Assembly: GCA_025603075.1 (NCBI GenBank)
Contig: MU626283.1
Location: 96,795-160,794, forward strand
Reading direction: 5' to 3'
Source of the DNA: Neoconidiobolus thromboides FSU 785
Taxonomy: Eukaryota; Fungi; Entomophthoromycota
Length of the DNA: 64,000 nucleotides
Shown here: positions 55,728-64,000 of the stretch, piece after piece
Layout: each line of letters opens with the position of its first letter
How positions within the stretch are numbered: the first letter of the stretch is position 1
The notes under the pieces: generated by a model
The model's input: the letters and a program-made list of their open reading frames with translations, nothing else
What the model was told of the DNA's origin: nothing
Databases searched by the model: none
Made by a program: the position numbers and the translations under genes

Positions 55728-56102
55728 ATATATTGAGTATCAAACATACTGATAGGATGTTTTTATTAATTTAGTTAATAGTCTGTTCAACTTTTACGCT
55801 TGAAAAATGGAAAATTAAATAAACCAAATAGTTGCTACATTTGAATGGATTTTTTACACCATTATTAAAGCTGTGGAAAAATAGGTTTTATTTTTATAAA
55901 TGAAATATTGGAAAATTTTAATAAAAAGATATGTACATGTAAGGACTTAATTATGAAAATAGAACATAAAAAATAAACAATAAATATATTTATTTTTGAT
56001 AAATTAATCAAAACCATTAAGGTTGTCGGTTAGTAGCATACCAATAAGGCCTAAATGACAATAATTAGTATACATTATCTTAGATAACTATATTGAATAG
56101 AT

Positions 56103-56173
56103 AAAATCAGGTTGAAAAGGGGTTAGTAATCATTAAAGTTTCAGGTGAAACACGGAATTGATCATCATTTGGA
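56103..56173 (-). ncRNA. Box C/D snoRNA 5: D' guide to LSU UGAAACACGGA; D guide CCCCUUUUCAA
   Basis: C box ATGATGA (56168-56162), D' CTGA after TTCCGTGTTTCAC, D box CTGA (56110-56107). Confidence 0.85.
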
Positions 56174-56306
56174 TTAACATAGAATTAGATTAAATACTTA
56201 CATTGAAGAGTTATGAGTCATTATATGTTTAGTTTCAAACTATATTAGGATATCTATAATAGAAGATTAATAAATTATTCAAGAATAATAGTTAATAAAA
56301 ATTCAA

Positions 56307-56390
56307 TTCATCAGATAATTTGGTAAGAGATTTATTAGCTTCATACTTGCATCAGAAGCAGAACTGACAGAAAATCAATCATCACACAAA
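56307..56390 (-). ncRNA. snR61: Box C/D snoRNA 4, snR61/SNORD38-like (LSU Am1133, yeast numbering)
   Basis: C box GTGATGA; D' guide TCTGTCAGTTCTGCTT-CTGA complementary to LSU AAGCAGAACUG; CTTACCAAA complementary to the adjacent UUUGGUAAG; D box 56314-56311. Confidence 0.85.
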
Positions 56391-56507
56391 ATTAAAAAAT
56401 TAAAAGTCGAAATAAGTACCTACCTTATTACATTTGAATTGTAATTGATAATCTAATGAGTATAAATTAGAATGATATTCTCAATAAAAATTAATGATAT
56501 TAATAGA

Positions 56508-56608
56508 AATATCAGTAACTATCCGGTTTGAATGTCTTTGGATAGGAATATAGAGCTTATCTTCAGAACTACTCAGAGCCCAGTGCTCAAATCTTTTCAT
56601 CATTTGAT
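56508..56608 (-). ncRNA. snR76: Box C/D snoRNA 3, snR76/SNORD88-like (LSU Cm2197, yeast numbering)
   Basis: C box ATGATGA; D' guide GAGCACTGGGC-T-CTGA complementary to LSU GCCCAGUGCUC; GACATTCA complementary to the adjacent UGAAUGUC; D box 56515-56512. Confidence 0.8.
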
Positions 56609-56699
56609 GAATAGGATAAGAATTGAAATTATTACTTACATCTAATAAAATAAGATTAATATAATGTTTAATATAAAATTATTTAAATTAAATAGAATC

Positions 56700-56793
56700 T
56701 GGCTCAGAGTGGTGCATGCATTGAATTGTAATCATTAGTGATTGCTCTCATTAGATTCTTAGTTCTATGGTTAATTGCATTCATCAACGCCAA
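56700..56793 (-). ncRNA. snR40: Box C/D snoRNA 2, snR40/SNORD32-like (SSU Gm1271, yeast numbering)
   Basis: TGGC/GCCA terminal stem; C box TTGATGA; D guide CATGCACCAC-T-CTGA complementary to SSU GUGGUGCAUG, +5 rule gives G1271. Confidence 0.82.
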
Positions 56794-56929
56794 CATTCTA
56801 TTCTCAATTTAAATGAAACATTTTACTTACCATTTAATCATCATGACAGTATAATAATAATGTCTGTGTTTAACATCTAATAAAATTAAATTAGTAAAAT
56901 GATCAATTAAGTATTTGACTATCATAATA

Positions 56930-57016
56930 ATCCTCAGTTGGTGATGCATGTAAAAGATTGAAATCATTAATGATCATATAGTTAGTTCTATGGTTGAATA
57001 TGTATCATCACATACG
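56930..57016 (-). ncRNA. snR55: Box C/D snoRNA 1, snR55/SNORD33-like (SSU Um1269, yeast numbering)
   Basis: C box GTGATGA (57011-57005); D guide CATGCATCACCA-A-CTGA complementary to SSU UGGUGGUGCAUG, +5 rule gives U1269. Confidence 0.82.
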
Positions 57017-58311
57017 GAAACATAGGTAAAGAAATTAACTTACATTATATACTTGATTTAGGAGCGAACAAACTTAGTTGCTAAATATAAATATACTGAC
57101 CTTAGCTAAGAAATATACTTTTATATTTTCGTTGTGGGATAGAACTAAGCTTAGGACTAAAATTTAGCCAATTAAATAAAATTTAGCTCTATTCAGATCG
57201 ATTGATTGACTTGGATTAAAACATTATGGGAACCTTTTGAATCGAAAATTGGGATTGAATTCAAAGGAAATTTCAAGAAAACTAAAGTTCAAATTCTAAA
57301 TCAATAGTTAGATAATATAATTAGACAGTTACTATTGTATATATCTCAACAATTTATTTAGATTATTATTTTGTAATACTCGTTTTCTCTTTTACTCTTT
57401 AAATTTTATAAATAAATAACAAGTTTGAGTTTAAATTAAGTCTTTATTTAAAGTAAGCAGCTAATTTGAAATATACAGTTTTTTATTCAACCATAATATT
57501 TATTTGATCCTAAAAACCACTCAATTTGGAATTTAGAATTTAGAATTAACAGAGTAACAAACTGAATTACATTTTAATAATTTAATATGTAAAAATAAAA
57601 TTTCAAAGCTGCTAACACTAAATTTTTATATGTAAAGAATAGTGATTATATTTAAAGACTGCTTATTAAATATATTATTGGCTTTAAAAGCATTTATCTT
57701 AGATATTAAACTTTTTGATGATAATAGTATTATGAGTTATCGATTCTATTATTTTAAAATATCTTAATAGGAAACAAATATTACTTTTTTTAATATTAAT
57801 GACTTAATAAGTATTTTACTATAATTCACTTGGATGATATGTCTTATTTGAAAATTATCAATTGTTAAAAAGATATTAAAAGTTGAAACTTAAATTTTTG
57901 AAAAAAATCATAAAATTTAATTTTAATAAAAAACCTCTTAATTGAAACTATTATTTATATTAAAATAATATTGTGTTTAGAAATAATAATCGAAACTTTC
58001 ATTTAAAATGAGATAAACTTTAATACTCCTATTGCTGAACTTTTGTATATTTTAAACTGATAACTTTGCTCAATCTATTTCTTTTAATAAATGTACTTAT
58101 TTCAATAGAATTCTCAAATTGGTAATGTCAAGTATTTTATTAATGTCAAATAAAAAAGTTAATTAAGATTTAATCAAATTCTTTGACTATCTTGGAACCT
58201 TTTCATAACACATAAGTTTAGTTATCATTTAAAAAATAATAATACCCTTTCTAATGTTGATGCATTATCTTTAAAAAAGTTATTAGAGGTTCTAAAATAG
58301 AATCTTCAAAT

Positions 58312-58410
58312 GGGGATGTATTTTTATATTTATGAGCTTTACTAACAATTTTTTTTACTAAAATAGCGCTTAAAAGATGGAAAAAGCGATGAAGTAAAAA
58401 ACACACACCC
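58312..58410 (-). mobile_element. MITE copy 16
   Basis: Reverse consensus match; AAAT/AAAT TSD. Confidence 0.85.
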
Positions 58411-58917
58411 AAATTCTATTAAATATAAATGCTAATTAAAATAAAAAATTTCAATGCAAATGTTAATATAAAATAAAAGTACTAATGTTTACTTAAAATA
58501 AGCTTAGAAAACCGTTTAAAAAAATAGCATTGAGGGTTAAAAAATCAACTTTGATAAAGAGGTGATCAAATATAGTAATCATCTAATGTAAAACTAACAA
58601 TACTTGAAATTAAAATATTGTTTGCTATTAAATTATACATAAAATTTCAATAATAGTTTATTTTTTAAATGAAAATAGTTGCTAGTTAATAAATCAACTT
58701 GCGTTCTAAAGCAAGTTAAAATTAGCTATGAAACATAAAATAAATAAATGTTAAAATGGAATAATAAAGCTGTACTTTGAATATACTTTATAATATGCTA
58801 TAATGATAGAACTATTAGGTTACTAGTCTTACTCAAATAATACAATAAGAATAGTATAAGGGTATATAGAAATGAAATCTATAAAGACATATCAATAACG
58901 AAAGAAATTCAATATAT

Positions 58918-59012
58918 GAGGGTGTATTTTTTTGTTTAATTTTGCTAACAATCTTCCTACTCAAATAGTGCTTAAAAAACGGAGAAGTAATGAAATCAAA
59001 AAAAGCATCCCC
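58918..59012 (-). mobile_element. MITE copy 17
   Basis: Reverse consensus match; ATAT/ATAT TSD. Confidence 0.85.
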
Positions 59013-59172
59013 ATATCATCTATAATAAATGGAATAAAGGATATTTAAATATACACTTTAGTATATAAAAATAAATATAACTTGGGGCCTTAAAGGATAA
59101 TTAGAAACTAAGAATAAAACTAAAAATTAAAAAAAAATTAAAACATTTAATTTCACTGAGTACAATCAGAGA

Positions 59173-59180
59173 TATAAATA
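59173..59180 (+). promoter_or_regulatory. TATAAATA box conserved 84-95 nt upstream of Gly-rich family starts (also 28456-28463 minus, 61851-61858 plus, variant 54837-54844 minus)
   Basis: Same octamer at the same spacing in all four members whose 5' ends are visible. Confidence 0.6.
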
Positions 59181-59256
59181 CTCTGATAACTCTACCAAAT
59201 AGCTATTAAATTAAAAATAAATTTATTTCATATTAAATTAATATCATATCTTAAAA

Positions 59257-59730
59257 ATGAACAAATTAATCATTAATCTTGCCATTGTATCTTTTATCGC
59301 TGCTGTGCCAACTTTAAATAAGCATGAGGCTAATACCCTCGGTTTAGGTGTAGGAGTTGGTGTAGATTTAGGCTTGGGTTTAGGGTTAGGAGGGAAGTCA
59401 GGACATAAGTCAGGGCGTAACTCAGGATATAAAACAGAACATGGTTCAAAACCAGAATATGATTCCAATTCAGGGCATGGTTCAAAACCAGGGTATGGAC
59501 CAGATTCAAACCCAAGATATCCTGCTTTAGTTAAGCGTGAAAGTGATACTCTTGGGTTAGGAGTAGGAGTAGGAGTAGACTTAGGTACAGGTTTAGGTTT
59601 AGGTTTAGGAGGCGAACCAGAGCATGAATCAGGATATAACTCAGGATATAATTCAGGATATAATTCAGAATATAACTCAGGGTATGGTACAAACAATAAC
59701 AAAGGAAATTTACTTAGTATTCGACTTTAA
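59257..59730 (+). CDS. Gly-rich secreted family member E, two-module precursor
   Basis: Signal peptide, LNKH-EANTLGLGVGVGVDLG... and internal LVKR-ESDTLGLGVGVGVDLG... Confidence 0.85.
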   Translation: MNKLIINLAIVSFIAAVPTLNKHEANTLGLGVGVGVDLGLGLGLGGKSGHKSGRNSGYKTEHGSKPEYDSNSGHGSKPGYGPDSNPRYPALVKRESDTLGLGVGVGVDLGTGLGLGLGGEPEHESGYNSGYNSGYNSEYNSGYGTNNNKGNLLSIRL

Positions 59731-59779
59731 TTTTATCTAATTACAACTCAACTACTTATTCTATTTGAAATAAAGATAT

Positions 59780-59876
59780 AGGAGTGTTTTTTAACTTCAT
59801 TGCTTTTTCCATTTTTTAAGCGCTATTTAAGTGGAAAACCTGTTAGTAAAATTCTTAAACACGAAAATATATCCCC
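59780..59876 (+). mobile_element. MITE copy 18
   Basis: Consensus match; ATAT/ATAT TSD. Confidence 0.85.
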
Positions 59877-61241
59877 ATATAGTCAAATCTATTTATTTTT
59901 TATAATTATATTTAAATAGTTAAAATTATATAACATGTCTAAAAACTATCCCTATAGTTCTAGCGTTCACTTTTAAAGCTTGATTTTTTGATAGTTAACA
60001 TATAAAAGTGTAGCACTTTTTATAATCTAACTGAAAGTGAATAGTACATTTATCATAAAGGATAAAATAGTATATCTAGCTATTCATTGTTTTATTTGAT
60101 CCGAAATTTGCAATATATAAGTGTTATGGTTTTAATGGCAGCTAAGTATTGATAAAAAGTTTCGAAGGAATTTAGATTGAAATTTGAAAACTTAATCACT
60201 TTGCACTTAGTATTAAAAGGAGTAATAAAGTTTATTGAAAATGAAAGTTGATTAGTTCGAAATGATAATTGTATCATAATAACTTAACATTTTTAAATAA
60301 TAATGTAAAATTTAACAGAACGCAAAATCAAATTTATAGCTATTTTTATTTTAACATTTTATCTTGAGGCTAATAATCTTAATATAATATTTATTTTCTA
60401 ATAATTCACTTTTTAGCTATAATTTTCAAGGTGATAGTATTGTCTTACTAACCTTTTGAGTGTCAGACACTTCAAAAAATCCTGTTTGACGGGATCATGA
60501 TTTCTAATAGATTTTACGCCAATTGGCTCAGTTTTTTTTAAACTCAATATTTAAAGGGTTAATTTAGTTTCAATCATGGGGGTGGAGCAATGTTCACCAC
60601 AATCAAATTTTAATCCAAGATTGGCGAACAATATTCGTTCACAGTACTCAAGTGGTTAACAAATTTTAAAAGGTAATAGAGATTTAATTAGATCTTTTAA
60701 AGCTTTTTTAGAAACTACGAATTGAATATCCAGATCACTACTATTTTTAAGTTAATACCCTTCATGACCTTGATATATTTTCTTTATTATTGTTTATGTT
60801 AAATATCTAATGTTAGACGCTAAACAGTTGTAGAATAGTTACCAAAGGCTTTGAAAATCTCTTTTGAATCCGGCTGTTGCAGCTCTTTTGCGAACTATTT
60901 AGTAAGTATTTTTATAGTAAATAAGTTATATAGCTGATTTTTTTTAAAAGCTGTTGCTTCTATTTGGTGAACTATAAGGATAAGTAATACTCTTAAATCA
61001 ATAGTTAAAAGTTTCGTGAAAGGCCCGTAATAGATGTATTTGATACAAATGCTTCATTCAATCAAATGGGCTTTTTTTATGTGCAAAATTTAGCTTAAAA
61101 ATCAGATAAGTAATATTAAATTAACATAAGAAACTGATTAGAAACATTTTCATAAATTGTTAAATAACATATGCCAAAAAGAGAAATTGTCTAATATAAA
61201 AAAATAACAGCCAAATAGAATTTTCATGATTATCAGCATAT

Positions 61242-61339
61242 GAAGGATGTATTTTTTGTTAACAATTTTACTAACAATCTTTCTGCTCAAATAGCACTTA
61301 GAAAATGGAAAAAGTGATGAAGTCAAAAAAAACATCTTC
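61242..61339 (-). mobile_element. MITE copy 19
   Basis: Reverse consensus match; ATAT/ATAT TSD. Confidence 0.85.
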
Positions 61340-61637
61340 ATATACAAAAAAAGTTCAGTAATATTTTATTTTTAGCTGAAAATAAATGTAGTTAGCTTAA
61401 CCTACCTGGTTTAGAGGTTAATTTAATTTATGAAACACAAAAATATTAAATTCATATTGAAAAACGATGTCAGGCTTTAATGTGATCTAAAAATGTAATT
61501 ACAAAGAAAGTGATATACTACATTTATTAAAAATTATGTTATAAAGCATTTAAGAATGTACAGAAATAAAATTTATAGAAACATTAGCATGATAAAATTC
61601 ATCTAGCATAGTGCATAGTACCAAATAAAAAATAGAT

Positions 61638-61721
61638 GAGGGCGTTTTTTTTAAGAAATTAACTACTATTTTCTACTCAACAGTGCTTAAAAAATACAAA
61701 GTAATAAAATCAAAACAGTCC
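61638..61721 (-). mobile_element. MITE copy 20, strongly degenerate
   Basis: TTTTCTACTCAA..AGTGCTTAAAAAA..AAAGTAAT core retained. Confidence 0.6.
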
Positions 61722-61940
61722 TAGACAGTTAAATTACGACTCAGTAGTTAAAATTAGACAATGGCTTGAGATCTTAGAAATTACTTAAGCCAAAAACTAA
61801 AAATAAAAAGTTAAAATTATGCTACTAGCTTTACTAGGAATATTAAAAGGTATAAATATGTAGATGAATTGATCAAAAAAATTATCAAAATACAAATACA
61901 AATACAAATACATTATATTAAATATAAATTATCTCTTAAA

Positions 61941-62378
61941 ATGAATAAATTCATCATTAGTCTTGCTATTGCTTCCTTCATTACCGCTGCTCCAACTTTA
62001 AACAAACGTGAAGCTAATACCCTTGGATTAGGAGTAGATTTAGGCTTAGGTTTAGGTTTAGGAGGTAAACCAGGATATGGTTCAGGATATGGCTCAAACC
62101 CAGGATATGGTTCAAACCCAGGATATGGTTCAGGATCAAGTGGTAATGGAGTAGGAGTAGGTGCTGGAGTAGGAGTAGGAGTAGGTGGTAATCCATTATT
62201 AGGAGTAGGTGCTGGAGTAGGAGTAGGAGTAGGTGGCAATCCATTATTAGGAGTAGGCGCTGGAGTAGGAGTAGGAGTAGGTGGCAATCCATTATTAGGA
62301 GTAGGTGCTGGAGTAGGAGTAGGTGCTGGTAATAAACCAGGATACAACTCAGGATATAACTCAGGATACGGATACTGA
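61941..62378 (+). CDS. Gly-rich secreted family member F
   Basis: True start is MNKFIISLAIASFITA at 61941; APTLNKR-EANTLGLG; PGYGS repeats; GVGAGVGVGVGGNPLL repeats. Confidence 0.85.
   Translation: MNKFIISLAIASFITAAPTLNKREANTLGLGVDLGLGLGLGGKPGYGSGYGSNPGYGSNPGYGSGSSGNGVGVGAGVGVGVGGNPLLGVGAGVGVGVGGNPLLGVGAGVGVGVGGNPLLGVGAGVGVGAGNKPGYNSGYNSGYGY
62154..62330 (+). repeat. Coding tandem repeat, 48-bp unit x3 plus partial (GVGAGVGVGVGGNPLL)
   Basis: Near-identical 48-nt units read directly. Confidence 0.9.
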
Positions 62379-63717
62379 ACTAATTTAGGTGCTAAGATTG
62401 GACTTTGATTTTACTCAATCACAATTCAATCAACTATCTTATTTATAATAAAATGCCTTCAACTTTATTGTAAAAATTATTCAAATTCTATATTTAAGTG
62501 CCAAAATCATTTTTTTATTGTAACACATTACAAATTTAGCTTAAATTAACTTTATATCTTAGAATTTATAGTATTATAACACATTATCTCAATACTTTAG
62601 GCCATATGCCTACTGTAATTACTTAATGTCTAAACAATTTCAAGTGCTTTAATTATTGTGCCTGGGAGAAGTAAAATAGGTTAGCATTTCTGGATTGTTT
62701 TAATAATAAGGTTGTTCTGGGAAGTATGTAAAATTTCAATATAGTCCTACTTTTTCAGAAAGCAATAGACAAGAGGTTGCACCGTTTGGTTACTAAAAGT
62801 GGAGGTTTTTCAATCTAAAGCATTGACAACTGTGCAAAGAGAAAGTGATAATTAAGGAGACCTGCGAAGCTGCTATAGACCTCGTAAAAATCACTAAAAC
62901 AATTAAGGCTTAATAATATAAGATAAAAGAAAATACAGTCAAGTACCTGGTTCTGTTAAACGTATTATGTAGTTTAAAACTTTTAGTCTGGGGTTTATTA
63001 AAAAATAAAATAAAAGTTTAAGAAGCTACTGTTTTATAAAAATCCCAATTTTATGATATAGCTGATAAGAATTATCATAATATGTATATCTGATCATTTA
63101 GGTATTATAACAATCTTACAAAGCACAAAGCACAAATCATTCTGAGCTGAATTTAACTAGAAATGTTTTAAGATAATAAAATTATTATATAGATAGATGT
63201 TTGAAATAATATAAAAAGAGCGCAAAGCATTACAAAACATTAATTTATTTATAATTTAATGTAACATAATTAATATACAGTTGACTTCGTTCCTAAAAAT
63301 GGGTGATATACTATTTTATCTGATATGAAAAACAGATTGTCAAATTTAATCATGCTTCTATTAAGTTCTCAATTTTAAAGGACTTTAAAACTCTATATTC
63401 CTTGGCTTTGATATTATAAACTATGGCTTAAAGGATTATAACAAAAGCGATAGGGATTCAAAAGTAATAAGGATGATATTTTCAAAGTAGAAATAAAAAT
63501 ATGCTGAAAGTATTAACACTCAAAAATAGCTGAATATATATTTAATAAATACTAGCACTTGAAATTTATATTATTCGAATAATTAGTATTGATAATAAAT
63601 CATATAGTAGATACAAAAAGTGTAAAATGTATAATCTTTCAAAATATTTTTTGTTTTATTTTAGTGAATTTAAGATAAAGATTAGTTAAAGATTATTGTT
63701 GATTTGAATAGTAATAA

Positions 63718-64000
63718 TTAAAGGCCAAGCCCTAGACCAGCTCCAACACCCAATCCAACACCACCTTTTCCAATACCTACACCAGCTCCCAAGCCTAAGC
63801 CTAAGTCAAGACCACCATGACCTGATCCTGAGCCATAACCTGAAGATCCTGATCTGTAACCTGATCCTGATGATCCATAACCAGATGATCCAGAGCCAGA
63901 TGCATGTCCATTACCTCCTAAACCTAAACCTAAACCTAAACCTACTCCTAACCCAAGGCCTGAATTTGATCCATGACCAGATGAGCCATATCCTGATGCT
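63718..64000 (-). CDS. Gly-rich family member G, 3' part (runs off window end)
   Basis: ...SSGHGSNSGLGLGVGLGLGLGLGGNGHASGSG...GHGGLDLGLGLGAGVGIGKGGVGLGVGAGLGLGL*. Confidence 0.85.
   Translation of the reverse strand, partial: ASGYGSSGHGSNSGLGLGVGLGLGLGLGGNGHASGSGSSGYGSSGSGYRSGSSGYGSGSGHGGLDLGLGLGAGVGIGKGGVGLGVGAGLGLGL

Larger units (their letters stand above)
55960..57100 (-). ncRNA. Non-coding snoRNA host gene: exons ~57100-57044, 56876-56831, 56641-56640, 56452-56424, 56253-56202, 56050-~55960
   Basis: Five GTAAGT/GTAGGT...branch...TAG introns, each containing one C/D snoRNA; spliced exons have only very short ORFs; TATAAA near 57125. Outer ends approximate. Confidence 0.8.

Noticed and set aside
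56213-56221. Gcn4/AP-1-like ATGAGTCAT (similar 7-mers at 8427, 34932 and 42072)
   Set aside because: Occurrences fall in exons and coding DNA as often as in promoters; compatible with chance, and none lies upstream of ARG5,6.
56345-56365. Apparent mini-exon CAG|TTCTGCTTCTGATGCAA|GTATGA
   Set aside because: It lies inside the snR61-like snoRNA (guide plus D' box); splicing there would destroy it.
59244-59702. Pro/Thr-rich antisense ORFs over Gly-rich genes (also 61913-62347, 62014-62292, 28072-28308, 59330-59515)
   Set aside because: They are shadows of GGN-rich sense repeats; only the sense frames have signal peptides and paralogs.
61869-61940. Upstream extension of ORF 61869-62378
   Set aside because: Starts at a non-ATG codon in AT-rich UTR; paralog alignment and TATA spacing place the start at 61941.
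62154-62330. Regular repeats as a possible CRISPR array
   Set aside because: Eukaryotic context, no unique spacers, in-frame coding repeats, no cas genes.

Overview
Very AT-rich eukaryotic DNA with short (~45-70 nt) GT-AG introns, from a fungus that looks early-diverging. Composition and gene style would fit Entomophthoromycotina such as Conidiobolus, but this is inference and not verified. Housekeeping genes: Rho-GDI (3' end), a DH/PH RhoGEF, Zn2Cys6 factor, ATG4, Nup120/160, ARG5,6, SUN protein, DUF4097-like protein, PEX1, RING-TRAF-WD40 (TRAF7-like) ligase, divergent cytochrome c, Siw14/Oca phosphatase, SmG, SOD-fold mitoribosomal protein, RanBP2-ZnF protein, SAH1, Cys-rich GPI protein, rhomboid, Maf. 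Three things are invisible in the ORF track. (1) A non-coding 6-exon host gene (~55960-57100, minus) whose five introns each carry a box C/D snoRNA and which includes a 2-nt microexon. (2) A six-member family of secreted Kex2/Ste13-type precursors of Gly-Leu/Gly-Val block-copolymer peptides. (3) About 20 copies of a ~100-bp MITE with 4-bp TSDs that carries a complete intron-like GT/TACTAAC/TAG signal set, one copy having been converted into a perfect 59-bp hairpin. There is one 100-N assembly gap. No CRISPR, tRNA or rRNA genes were seen.
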